The notes under the pieces are model-generated. The model ran no database searches. It was not told the origin of the DNA and saw only the letters and a list, made by a program, of their open reading frames with translations. From an uncultured Verrucomicrobiae bacterium (GTDB lineage: Bacteria; Verrucomicrobiota; Verrucomicrobiia; Chthoniobacterales; JAFAMB01), in assembly GCA_963762565.1 (NCBI GenBank), contig CAVXLD010000012.1, positions 224,001 to 288,000 of the forward strand: a stretch of DNA of 64,000 bases, in the 5' to 3' direction. Numbering within the stretch: the first letter of the stretch is position 1; each line of letters begins with the position of its first letter. Below, piece by piece: positions 31,394-40,536 of this stretch. Both the position numbers and the translations under genes were made by a program.

Positions 31394-32809
31394 TCATGCT
31401 GCGACTGGAGTAAGTTGATAACCCATCTGACGAGCGGAAGCCGCCAGGCGTTTGAGCCTGGCGTTGGTCATTGAGCTTTTCCTGCTCAGCGAAGAGGCTC
31501 AGATCAAAAGGGACCTGTCGGGTAATGAGAGTCCAAATGATTCTGGCTAATTGATGAGCCATGGCAGTGATGGCTTTGGGAGGACTCAGTCTAGCCCGTA
31601 AGCGGCGGTATTTATCGCCTAAGTAGCTTTTGTTGTGGTGGAGAGAAGAGGCGGCCATGCGTAAGGCTTGTCGCACTCGGTTTTGGCTGCGGCGGGTACG
31701 GCGGCGCAGTATCTTACTAGCACTGGTTTCATTGTCTGGGCATAGACACAGCCAGGAAGCAAAATGATGCTGGGTTTTGAAGGCGTTTAACTCATTGCCT
31801 AGCTCGGTCATGAGCGTCAGTCCGGTCAGAACGCTGATACCAGGAATGACGGTTAGATCCACCCCAAAGAAGCGCTCCAGCTCTTGTTGCCAGGGACCCT
31901 CAGGTTGATTCTTGCTGGTCTTCCTGCAGGCCTTCTTTTTAGGCCGTGGGCTACTTACCGGCTCAGCACCCAATAATTCGGCCTTTAAGCGCACCACTTT
32001 AGCCGGTTTAATCACCGTGGTGCAGGCTCAAGCTCACGGGTGTAACCCAAAAGCTCTCTGTCACAGTCCTGGATCTGCTTTTGCACCTCTTGGTATTGAG
32101 CCCAAGCCTTCGCCAGCACAAAGAGATGCTCTTTACGCCAGTCGCCTTCCAAAGATTTGACGACCTTCTCTTCAGAAGCCCGGATGCGCTTATCGCGCAA
32201 CTTCGCTAATTGCACTGGATCTCTCTGCCCGCTTAAGAGGCAGCACGTGGCCTGACCGGTAAGGCCGCTTAGATCGTCAATGACGTGGTGCAGCTTGATA
32301 TTCATTTGCGCCAGGCTGCCTGCATATGCTGCACGTGCTGAGCGGCAGGGAGAGCAAGTTTTGCCGGAAGCATAAGAGCGGGTGGCGCAAATAGTCTGAG
32401 CGGGACGAAAGGAGCCCAACAGCAAGCCCACACTGTGCAGATACTGCAACCACTGGCAATCCCGCACGTCGCTCTTGCGACCTGGCACATTCTTGACATG
32501 CCGTGCGTTAACTAAGCAGACCTTCAGCCCCGCATCCTCCAGCAATTGATAAAGCGGTATCCAGTACACCCCAGTGGCTTCCATCGCCACGCTCTGCACT
32601 CCACAGTCAACTAACCACTGCACGATGGCCTTAAGATCTTGAGTAAAAGCCTCAAAGCGGCGCACCGAGTTTTGGTCACCCTCGGCCGCGACGGCCACCC
32701 AGATTTCCTCAGCTCCCAGATCAATGCCAGCCGCGTTGGGTTCCTGCTCACGGATCGCTTTAGTGGCTTCAGGCTTGGTTTTTGCTTTTGTTTTCCTATG
32801 CTCTTTCAT
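31394..32809 (-). pseudogene. IS110 transposase/recombinase (DEDD RuvC and Tnp domains), multiply frameshifted
   Basis: AAGIDLG, VAMEATGVYW, VNARHVKNVPGRKSDVRDCQWL, FASWLCLCP...SA, KAITAMAHQLARIIW; ends ..MGYQLTPVAA*. Frame changes near 32350, 32250, 32015 and 31455. Confidence 0.88.
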
Positions 32810-32818
32810 TGGGATTGG

Positions 32819-33007
32819 CCAACGAAGGAGGCTTGGCTCAGACGGCGAAAAATAGAGACATTCTCGTGAACGGAGTCCTGGATCCACTTAGACGGATTCC
32901 GGCCACCACTGAATTGATCGCAGCGTCTGATTCCATGCTTTCAGTCGGGCTTAGCTACCACGGAGCACCACTGTGGCCTCGGATTACTTGCTAAGCCTCC
33001 TCGTTGG
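32819..33007 (-). ncRNA. Candidate IS110 bridge RNA (structured non-coding end)
   Basis: Lies in the about 290-bp non-coding end upstream of the transposase; closed by an about 15-bp inverted repeat (32819-32834 / 32993-33007); contains junction-matching 10-mer and 7-mer. Boundaries are inferred. Confidence 0.55.
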
Positions 33008-33098
33008 TGCTCCTGCCTTAGCAACTCCAAAACGCTGCTGCACCATAAATCGAATGTTCCCTCTCCGAATTGCACCCGCGTAGCGGGTTGGAGATGCT

Positions 33099-33170
33099 TT
33101 CAGGGCGCACCTCTCGACGCCAGCACCAAGGGCTGAAGCCTAGGCTGTGATGTATAGCCGCTTCGCGGCA
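33099..33170 (-). repeat. REPIN family A: outer part of right arm
   Basis: TTCAGGGCGCAC..CCAAGGGCTGAAGCCTAGGCT..TAGCCGCTTCGCGGCA is the reverse complement of family A units. Confidence 0.8.
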
Positions 33171-33319
33171 AAATCCAACAGAGCCTAGGCGAGCTGGGCT
33201 CGACCGGAACGGGCTCGCCCCGCGGCTGCGGGAAAGGCAGCGGCTTGTCGGGTGGCGACCCCGACGGCCTCGCACGTGTCCTCCATAGCTTTAGCGACGG
33301 AGGAAGCGACGCAGCGCTC

Positions 33320-33827
33320 TTTGGTGGGGCGAGGCTCCCGAATAATCCAGGCGTTTGTCCAAAGCGGTTGGGAGTGCCGGCCCGCAGCATACTGTTACGG
33401 CTTAAATCGCGCCGAGCCGTGGTCTACCGTGGGCCACGGCTCGGCGCGCCTATCCGCCCTGTTCATGCAACTCCCGGCGTTTGTGTGATGCACCCTTGGT
33501 CAATCGCTGGGCCGTTCGGGAGGGTCCGTGGTCAAGACATAGGTAACAAATCATGGTCAAGACATGGGTAACAGGTACATACAAAAAATGACTGGGGTGA
33601 CTCGGAGATCCGCCCAGCTGGCCGACGGAGGTCAGCTGATAAAAATCGCATGCCGATCGTTCGCGAGAATGGTCGCTTCTGCCCTCTCACACATTTCACC
33701 CTCAAAAAGGACAACCAAAGGAACCATACATTTTTTGATTGCCCAAGAATAGGTATATAAAAAGCACATTTTCTCGACAAAGTGTTACCTATGTCTTGAC
33801 CACGTTCAGGAGCCTCGCCCCACCAAA
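33320..33827. repeat. Palindromic element family C, interrupted by a MITE
   Basis: Terminal IR TTTGGTGGGGCGAGGCTCC / GGAGCCTCGCCCCACCAAA; central palindrome CGCGCCGAGCCGTGG..CCACGGCTCGGCGCG; intact inverted copy at 62140-62355. Confidence 0.85.
33523..33808. mobile_element. MITE (286 bp) with IS481-like ends and GGAG target duplication
   Basis: 22-bp IR CGTGGTCAAGACATAGGTAACA / TGTTACCTATGTCTTGACCACG, a second tandem copy at the left end, GGAG on both sides; absent from the 62140 copy of the host repeat. Confidence 0.8.
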
Positions 33828-33840
33828 AGCGACCCGCCTC

Positions 33841-34512
33841 CTAGCTCCTGGCTCCTTCCCCGGGCTCCTGGCTCCTTTGCATTTTCCGCCGATAGTAGCG
33901 TTTCGCCTTCGCTCTGCTGCCGCAATCATCCATGTCACACCACCGCCGGGTATGGTTCTTCGTGAGATCGAGAAACAACCAGCCACATTCCTCGCCGGCG
34001 CATTGGCGGACTTTGCTTAGGGACTCGCTGGATCCCAACAATTCGGCCGCCGACCAGGCAACGGGTCCTAATAGACGCGCTTCATCCAACATACAGCCGG
34101 TGCGGAAACAGACCAGCCGTTCACCTTCTGCGCCAACCTGTAAAGTGATTGGTGTGCGAGCGAGCAGACCATTGATTACGTCCAAATCGCACTTCGACGG
34201 TTGCCGGCCCTGGCTGACGTCGCTAAACGCGCGGTAAAGCCCTTCTCTGAAATCCACCGCTAAATGGAGGAGACGCTCGGCTTGAGCTGGAACCATCGCG
34301 CCCTGGCGCAACATCTCTGTGCTGGCGGAGTCATCCAGGATGTCCGCCTGACGCGCCCAAGTTATCAGGCTTTTGAATGAGGCGAGTTTTTCCCTGGGGT
34401 GCGACGCTCGGTGATTCCCGACCGTATTCGTAAAGTCCAGACAGAGAACCCCGCCGATCCAACCGAAACTGGTTTCAACATCCGGATCGCTGCTGCGCGA
34501 CAAGTTTTCCAT
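33841..34512 (-). CDS. ABATE / CGNR zinc-finger protein
   Basis: LCLDFTNT, VRQC...CGWLFLD.TKN..RRWCDMDDCGSRAKAKRYY. Confidence 0.9.
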   Translation of the reverse strand: MENLSRSSDPDVETSFGWIGGVLCLDFTNTVGNHRASHPREKLASFKSLITWARQADILDDSASTEMLRQGAMVPAQAERLLHLAVDFREGLYRAFSDVSQGRQPSKCDLDVINGLLARTPITLQVGAEGERLVCFRTGCMLDEARLLGPVAWSAAELLGSSESLSKVRQCAGEECGWLFLDLTKNHTRRWCDMDDCGSRAKAKRYYRRKMQRSQEPGEGARS

Positions 34513-34592
34513 AACACCGTCAAAATAGCACTTGCATGGTAATAGACAATAAGATATTTATTACTGTCGATATCCACTTTAGAAGGTTAAAT

Positions 34593-34847
34593 ATGAAGGT
34601 CATTCAATTTTCCGCAGGAAGCGATCCAAGTGTTACCGAGGTGTTGTCTCCTTTTAGCGGTCAACGCGCGCGAGTGTATCGGGCGTCTGTTCGCGGCATA
34701 CTCGGGGAAATGGCTCACTTTCCAGGAGGTCGAGCTCAGTTGATGAAGGTCCCGAAACTGGGATATTCGTTGGAGACAGTGGTCTTTGCCGTCTTTGGTG
34801 CAGCTTCGCTTGCACTGGTATTAATGCCCTTTTTAGGGGTAAGTTGA
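34593..34847 (+). CDS. Small hypothetical protein with C-terminal TM helix
   Basis: ATG preceded by GAAGG; hydrophobic tail VVFAVFGAASLALVLMPFLGV. Confidence 0.5.
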   Translation: MKVIQFSAGSDPSVTEVLSPFSGQRARVYRASVRGILGEMAHFPGGRAQLMKVPKLGYSLETVVFAVFGAASLALVLMPFLGVS

Positions 34848-34923
34848 CCGATCACAGATCGATAACCGTTGTACTATTAAAAATTAGTATAAAGAGTAAT
34901 ACTCCCATACCCCGGAACATCCG

Positions 34924-35319
34924 ATGAGCAGAAACCCATTTAGTCACATTGATTTGCGGGTGCGCAGCCTCGCTAAGGTAAGCGGCTTTTATCGGGCCTT
35001 ACTTCCTGAGCTTGGATTTACGGTGTGGTGGGGAGAAGACGGCGGAGAATGGCGAGGTGCGTCGACCGATGAGGCTTTTCCTGGGAAAGCTTTCTTTGGC
35101 TTTACAGAAAATCCTGAGCACCTGCCGACTGCGACTTGCATCGCTTTTTGGGTCGAAACGCCTGAACAGGTCGACCGAATCGGTGAAGTCGTAAGAAAGG
35201 TTGGCGGACTGAACATCGAGGGCCCAGTGGTTGCTGAAGAATACAGCAACGATTATTACGCCGTGTTTTTCGAGGATCCGGACGGGAACCGGCTGGAGGT
35301 AGTGCACCGGACGAGGTGA
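34924..35319 (+). CDS. VOC/glyoxalase family protein
   Basis: HIDLRV, FY..LL..LGF, IAF, YYAVFFEDPDGNRLEVVH. Confidence 0.9.
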   Translation: MSRNPFSHIDLRVRSLAKVSGFYRALLPELGFTVWWGEDGGEWRGASTDEAFPGKAFFGFTENPEHLPTATCIAFWVETPEQVDRIGEVVRKVGGLNIEGPVVAEEYSNDYYAVFFEDPDGNRLEVVHRTR

Positions 35320-35502
35320 ACCGAATGGTTCGAATTAACCCCCGAAAACGCGGGGTTGGGGGTGCTTTCACCGCCGCACTTTTTGCGCATCGCCTGGAGG
35401 CGAAATAAAGGATCGGAGCTTCTTCATTGCCGGAGCTTTGCGCCTTTCAAAAATCGACGCGCATTTTTGGGCGAAGCAGACTAAAGATTGGCGTAGCGCC
35501 CC

Positions 35503-36000
35503 GTGAAAAACATCCCCAAAATTGCGTTGCTGATCATCCTGCTCCTGAGCTCTTGCACCCTGGTTTCACCCTTCTTGCCCGCGAGCCCGAAAAATTACGG
35601 CGGTGGCAATGATTACGCGGTCGGCGAAGCACAACCGTATCCTCAAGAAGTGAAATTAGCAGAGCAACGCCTGGCCAACTTTATCCGTCGAGCCGACCCC
35701 GAGCAAAGACAGTTGCTCGATCAAAATCCTTATGTGGCCGTGCAGGCCTACGAATTGGTAGCCGGCCAAATTTGGCCGTTGGAGCGGGAATTGGCCTCAG
35801 GACGAGTCCGAACGATGGATTATGTGCAGGACCAGCAAAACATACCCAATTATCCTGTCGAATTCTTGTTGCTTTTCGATCAACGAACGCGACGCCTTGT
35901 CAGGCCCGATGGCGTACTCATTATGGACCAGCCCCGAAGGGGTTCCGTCGCCAACTTTGCCGGCGTGAAAGCAATCTACGCCGGAACTGGTTGGTGGTGA
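35503..36000 (+). CDS. Putative lipoprotein
   Basis: Basic N-terminus, hydrophobic stretch and lipobox LSSC. Confidence 0.65.
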   Translation: MKNIPKIALLIILLLSSCTLVSPFLPASPKNYGGGNDYAVGEAQPYPQEVKLAEQRLANFIRRADPEQRQLLDQNPYVAVQAYELVAGQIWPLERELASGRVRTMDYVQDQQNIPNYPVEFLLLFDQRTRRLVRPDGVLIMDQPRRGSVANFAGVKAIYAGTGWW

Positions 36001-36081
36001 GTGGGTTACGAGTTATAGGTTCTAAGTTATAGGCTTTAAGTTTACGCCGAAAAACGAGGGGCCCCACTCGTCGTGGGGCCC

Positions 36082-36128
<47 letters not shown>

Positions 36129-36129
36129 C

Positions 36130-37701
36130 TTAGACCGCGGCGGGCTCCAGATTCTCGGACGGAGAAGGAGCTTTCGAGGATTCTCTAGACTGCTGACGGT
36201 ATCGATTAACGGCGTTCAAATAGGCGCGAGCGCTTGCGTCGATGACATCGGTACTCGCTCCTTTTCCGGTAACGAGGCGACCTTCACCAAAATCGCATTT
36301 CACGGTTACCTCACCGAGGGCATCCTTTCCACCGGACATCGACTCTACGAGATATTCGACCAAGTGACCGCTGTGGTGAAGGATCCGATCGATGGCTTTC
36401 ATAGCGGCATCGACTGCGCCGTTTCCGGGGGCAGAGTCTTGCAGCAACTCATCACCTTTTCGCAGTCGGACCGTAGCCGTTGGCACAGTGCTCGTGCCGG
36501 AAGTGACGTGGAGATATTCGAGCTGCCAGGTCTCTCCGGATGACCCGAACGCGTCGTCGATCAGCGCCGCCAAATCTTCGTCGTAAACAAATTTCTTTTT
36601 GTCGCCGATCTCTTTGAAACGGACGAAAAGACGATTGATCTCTTCGTCGCTTAGACGGTGTCCCAGGTGTTCTAAGCGCTTTACCATGGCATGCCGGCCA
36701 CTGTGTTTGGTCAACGGAAGCTCAGACTCACCCCAACCAACATCATGCGGGTCCATGATTTCATAGGTTTCACGATGTTTCAGGATCCCATCTTGATGGA
36801 TACCCGCTCCGTGAGCAAAAGCGTTCTCGCCCACGATCGCTTTGCTCCTGGCCACAGCGAGGCCGCACATGCGGCTGACCAATCGTGAGGTCTTGACGAT
36901 CTCCTGATAGTTCAAATCCGTGTGATAACCACCGTAGAAATCCTTTCTGGTTTTCAAGGCCATCACGACTTCTTCGAGAGCGACATTACCGGCGCGCTCG
37001 CCAATGCCATTGATGGTTCCTTCGACTTGCCGAGCGCCGGCGCGGATCGACGCAAGTGAATTCGCGACCGATAAACCCAGGTCATCATGACAATGAACAC
37101 TGATAACCGCGTCATCGATATTTCTGACGTTGTCTTTCAAATACTGAATTAGTGCTGCGAATTGCTCAGGGACCGCATAACCCACGGTGTCGGGAATGTT
37201 AACCGTGGTAGCGCCGGCTTCGATTGCAGCCTGAAGTACTTTGGCCAAAAATTCCGGCTCGGTTCGAGAAGCGTCTTCGGGAGAAAATTCGACGTCTTTG
37301 ACCAGGGCCTTTGCCCGTTTAACTCCTTCGACTGCAAGGCGAACCACCTCTTCATCCACCTTTTTGAGCTTGTGATCGCGATGGATCTTTGAGGTGGCGA
37401 GAAAGACGTGAATGCGGGCTCGGTCACCAGCCGGTTTTACTGCGGCTCCGGCGGCGTCGATGTCTGCCGGGGTACAGCGAGCGAGCCCGGCGATAATCGG
37501 GCCGCGTACCTCAGTAGCAATTTGTTCGACGGACGCAAAATCGCCATCGCTGATAACGGGAAACCCAGCCTCAATAATATCGACATTGAGTCGTTGCAGT
37601 TGTCGGGCGACCTCCAGCTTCTCGCGGAGATTCATGGATGCTCCGGGACACTGTTCTCCGTCGCGCAAGGTAGTATCGAAGACAAAAATCTTTTCGGACA
37701 T
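36130..37701 (-). CDS. leuA: 2-isopropylmalate synthase
   Basis: FDTTLRDGEQCPG, IEAGFP, HCHDDLG, NGIGERAGN, AFAHGAGIHQDG; C-terminal regulatory domain GNGAVDA. Confidence 0.97.
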   Translation of the reverse strand: MSEKIFVFDTTLRDGEQCPGASMNLREKLEVARQLQRLNVDIIEAGFPVISDGDFASVEQIATEVRGPIIAGLARCTPADIDAAGAAVKPAGDRARIHVFLATSKIHRDHKLKKVDEEVVRLAVEGVKRAKALVKDVEFSPEDASRTEPEFLAKVLQAAIEAGATTVNIPDTVGYAVPEQFAALIQYLKDNVRNIDDAVISVHCHDDLGLSVANSLASIRAGARQVEGTINGIGERAGNVALEEVVMALKTRKDFYGGYHTDLNYQEIVKTSRLVSRMCGLAVARSKAIVGENAFAHGAGIHQDGILKHRETYEIMDPHDVGWGESELPLTKHSGRHAMVKRLEHLGHRLSDEEINRLFVRFKEIGDKKKFVYDEDLAALIDDAFGSSGETWQLEYLHVTSGTSTVPTATVRLRKGDELLQDSAPGNGAVDAAMKAIDRILHHSGHLVEYLVESMSGGKDALGEVTVKCDFGEGRLVTGKGASTDVIDASARAYLNAVNRYRQQSRESSKAPSPSENLEPAAV

Positions 37702-37793
37702 AAAGCTGTTTCAGTTCGGTTTGAGGATTTGGTGAGGAGTTCTTTAATGTCGACGTTGTCGTCACCTCGACGAACGCGACCAGACTAACCAAC

Positions 37794-37880
37794 TTAGAGA
37801 CTGAGGAGGAGAGAATCGTTCGGGGCGCCACTCCCGAGGAGGAGGAGCTCAAGGCTAAGCAGCTGAGCGAAAAGACGCAT
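37794..37880 (-). CDS. Leucine-rich leader peptide upstream of leuA (MRLFAQLLSLELLLLGSGAPNDSLLLSL)
   Basis: 28 codons, 12 Leu including runs of 4 and 3 CTC codons; ends 92 nt before the leuA ATG. Confidence 0.75.
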   Translation of the reverse strand: MRLFAQLLSLELLLLGSGAPNDSLLLSL

Positions 37881-37954
37881 GTGAAGGCAAGGCTACAAGG
37901 CAATTACAAGTTTGCAAGCGAGAATGTTAAGAACGAGCGAGACGTCGTGATCGC

Positions 37955-38202
37955 TGGAGGGGAGCCGCTTCCGCCTATTTCATCGCGAGCGCCCTGTTTC
38001 AAAATCGGTGACTGGTTAGACCGCAAATCGTTCGCTAGCAGGCGGCTCCCGGGATCTGCCCCTGACGAGCCAACGTCCAGCGTTGAGGAAAACGCTGGGT
38101 CGTTCTCGGGAGCCGCCTGTTAGGAAAATATCGTTCCGTTCAACCACTACAAAGCAAAGATATGCCGCCTTTACGGGAAAGGGCGGAAGCGGCTCCCCTC
38201 CA
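37955..38202. repeat. REPIN-like element, family B, copy 2
   Basis: 21-bp terminal IR TGGAGGGGAGCCGCTTCCGCC; inner CAGGCGGCTCCCG / CGGGAGCCGCCTG. Confidence 0.85.
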
Positions 38203-38210
38203 ACCGGGCT

Positions 38211-38675
38211 CTACTTGCATTCGGGGCATTTCCCGAAAAACTCCAGAGAGTGCCGGAGCTCAGTAAAGCCGTAACGCTTACCGATCGCCTGTTCCACCTT
38301 CTCAACCGGACAAGAGTCCACCATCAAAGTTACCCGGCCGCACCGGGTGCAGATCAGGTGATCATAATGTTGCCTAGGGTCTAGCAGCTCGAAATAGCTA
38401 CAAGACCGGTTAAGATGGACCCGTTGCGCCACGCCTAACTCCTCCAAGACACCCATTACCCGGAACACAGTGGCGTAGTCCGGAGTGACGCCGTCGGTCA
38501 CCGAGCGGTGTTGAATCTCCTCGAGTGATAACGGCTCTCTCGCGCTGAGCAACGTTTCCAAGATCTTTTGCCGCCCTTTTGTCACCCGAAGTCCACGAGA
38601 GTGGAGCAGCGTAAGGATCGCTTCCAGGCTCAACTCAGAGAGCGGTGAATGAAGCTCATGTCCCATCTTGCTCAA
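38211..38675 (-). CDS. Fur family transcriptional regulator (Zur/Fur-like)
   Basis: GLRVTKGR..IL, ATVFR, HYDHLICTRCG, LEFFGKCPEC. Confidence 0.9.
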   Translation of the reverse strand: MSKMGHELHSPLSELSLEAILTLLHSRGLRVTKGRQKILETLLSAREPLSLEEIQHRSVTDGVTPDYATVFRVMGVLEELGVAQRVHLNRSCSYFELLDPRQHYDHLICTRCGRVTLMVDSCPVEKVEQAIGKRYGFTELRHSLEFFGKCPECK

Positions 38676-38709
38676 TTTAACCGCATCTAGTGTGGTCGCG
38701 CACGGAAAA

Positions 38710-38858
38710 GGTGATTAGTGATTGGTGATTAGTGATTAGTGAAAAAAGCTGTGTCTGGTTGGAGCGCGAGAAGCTCGTGGTACGGATTTTCTCGGTGTCG
38801 TCATCGATGGTGCTCAGCGGCCGGTCCACCAATCACCAATCACCATTCACTAATCACC
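38710..38858. repeat. Inverted pair of heptamer repeats (GTGATTA/G ... AATCACC)
   Basis: GGTGATTAGTGATTGGTGATTAGTGATTAGTGA and CACCAATCACCAATCACCATTCACTAATCACC. Confidence 0.8.
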
Positions 38859-39867
38859 CTTCCACCACGCCCGGCAGTAGCTTGCTGAGCTCCGCTTGGA
38901 TGCTGCTGAAACTGACGCGTTCTCTAGCCCGATTCAGCATCGATTCAACGACCTGGTTGTAGTCGGGATTGATAGTTAGCAGGCGCAGCATACGCTCCAA
39001 CAAGGCGTCAAAGCTTTGCCGATCACTGACTAGCTCAGGAACAATTTCCCGTTCAATAGCGCCGTTCCCCCCAACTGTGGGAATTCCGCATAGGAGCGCA
39101 TCGCCTGCTACTTGTCCCGGAACCCGGCTCTGGTCGAACTGGAGTACCAGTCGATGACGGCGTAATACCTGCGTGTACTCAAAGTAAGGCATCGGCGACA
39201 GGACAGTCAGCTGGTCGGCAGGAAACCGGAGAGCTGCCAACAATTTCTTTGACCCGATTGAACCTTTGTCTATCACAGTCACCGGGTGTGACGTCTTTCT
39301 TGCTCCCGCCAGAGCGAGCAAATGGTTTCGCGAGGGGACATCAAACTCGCGCGTCCCAATAAAAATGCCGGCCCGCTTTTCGACCGGTAACGACAGATTC
39401 CAGTTTGATTCGTCGATCGGATAAGGAGTAGGTAAATAGGATACCTTCCGGGAGACGGATCGATAGAGGGGAACTAAATCCGGCGTACTTGAAAGACACA
39501 GGTCAGCGTTTGCCGCAATTTCGCAGAAAGTATCGAACAGTCTGGCGTCTCGGAGTTGAGCGGCAATTTGGTGGGTACCTGATTCCTTAAAGGAGATGGC
39601 AACGACACATCCGTGCGCCTTCAACGTAGCCAGCGCTGATCGCGCGGCTTTGAGGTTCCCCCGCAGAAGCAACAAAACGTTGCGATGTTGCCCGGCCAAT
39701 GTGGTTGTCCGGTAAAACCCGCCGTTGGTGCAGGCTGCATAGGCGTGATAATTCAACGGCGGATGGCCGCTAAAACTCGGCTGAGGCAGTGCATTCCGGA
39801 ACGGTTGGTCTGGATCCCGACCCAAAGGATTCAGTACTGCTAAACCGGGTAAAAAAGCGAAGTTCAC
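38854..39867 (-). CDS. Hypothetical protein, possibly GT-B glycosyltransferase-like
   Basis: 337-aa ORF; C-terminal GQVAGDALLCGIPTVGG resembles the GT4 EAxxxGxPV motif. Confidence 0.55.
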   Translation of the reverse strand: MNFAFLPGLAVLNPLGRDPDQPFRNALPQPSFSGHPPLNYHAYAACTNGGFYRTTTLAGQHRNVLLLLRGNLKAARSALATLKAHGCVVAISFKESGTHQIAAQLRDARLFDTFCEIAANADLCLSSTPDLVPLYRSVSRKVSYLPTPYPIDESNWNLSLPVEKRAGIFIGTREFDVPSRNHLLALAGARKTSHPVTVIDKGSIGSKKLLAALRFPADQLTVLSPMPYFEYTQVLRRHRLVLQFDQSRVPGQVAGDALLCGIPTVGGNGAIEREIVPELVSDRQSFDALLERMLRLLTINPDYNQVVESMLNRARERVSFSSIQAELSKLLPGVVEG

Positions 39868-39885
39868 GCCGAAAACGAAGATTTA

Positions 39886-40042
39886 AGATCCACAGATTAC
39901 ACAGATTACGCAGATTTCGATTAGTGCTTCGGTTCGGGTCCTTGGTAAAGAGAGATCTATGAGGCCGTAAACTTGTTTTAGCTGACTGGGCGAAAAGTAC
40001 TGGGAAACGAAATCTGTGTAATCTGCGTAATCTGCGGATTTT
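39886..40042. repeat. Inverted pair of 9-mer repeats (CAGATTACA/G)
   Basis: ATCCACAGATTACACAGATTACGCAGATTT and AAATCTGTGTAATCTGCGTAATCTGCGGAT. Confidence 0.8.
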
Positions 40043-40062
40043 AAAGTTTGGCGATCGGGGGA

Positions 40063-40536
40063 TTAGAATGGACCGTTGGCGGACGTGACGTTGTGCGGAA
40101 CGATCAAAACCGGGCAGCGCGCGCGTCCTAAGATGCCCTCGGTTACCCCGCCCTCGAACAGGTGGTAGAGCGCCCCGTGATGGTGAGACCCAATCACGAT
40201 GAGGTCGACCCGCTCGCTTTCCGCTTGCGCCAGGATTTCCTCAACGGGCGGGCCCTGACGCTCGATAGTTGTTGATGTTAGGCCGACCGAAGTGACCATC
40301 TCTTCGAGCTCGGCAAGCTTCTTCTTCATCGCCTCTGCGACCTCGGGTTCGTCCCGGACGGGCGGTGGGACGAGGTTCGGTCCCGCGCCAAAGTCGATGA
40401 TCTCCCCGCCGGGCTCGGTCCATTCAACGTGCATCAACGTAATGTGACTCTGAAAAGGCTTAGCTAAATAGACCGCCGCCTTCACCACTTTGAAAGTCAC
40501 ATCCGAAAAATCGATCGGCACCAGAATTGATTTCAT
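40063..40536 (-). CDS. Universal stress protein
   Basis: ILVPIDFS, G.P.EEIL, DLIVIGSH, GGVTEGIL..A.CPVLIV. Confidence 0.92.
   Translation of the reverse strand: MKSILVPIDFSDVTFKVVKAAVYLAKPFQSHITLMHVEWTEPGGEIIDFGAGPNLVPPPVRDEPEVAEAMKKKLAELEEMVTSVGLTSTTIERQGPPVEEILAQAESERVDLIVIGSHHHGALYHLFEGGVTEGILGRARCPVLIVPHNVTSANGPF

Larger units (their letters stand above)
31337..33098 (-). mobile_element. IS110-family insertion sequence inserted in a REP arm
   Basis: Transposase plus flanks that rejoin to a complete REP arm (TCGGGCGCCA-CT-TTCAGGGCG). CT dinucleotide (+ strand) at both junctions (31337-8 and 33097-8), no long TIR or TSD. An alternative crossover 5-6 bp away cannot be excluded. Confidence 0.85.

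Noticed and set aside
33527..33571. TGGTCAAGACATRGGTAACA repeats as a mini-CRISPR
   Set aside because: Only two direct copies 5 bp apart plus one inverted copy, and no cas genes; this fits transposon-end binding sites.
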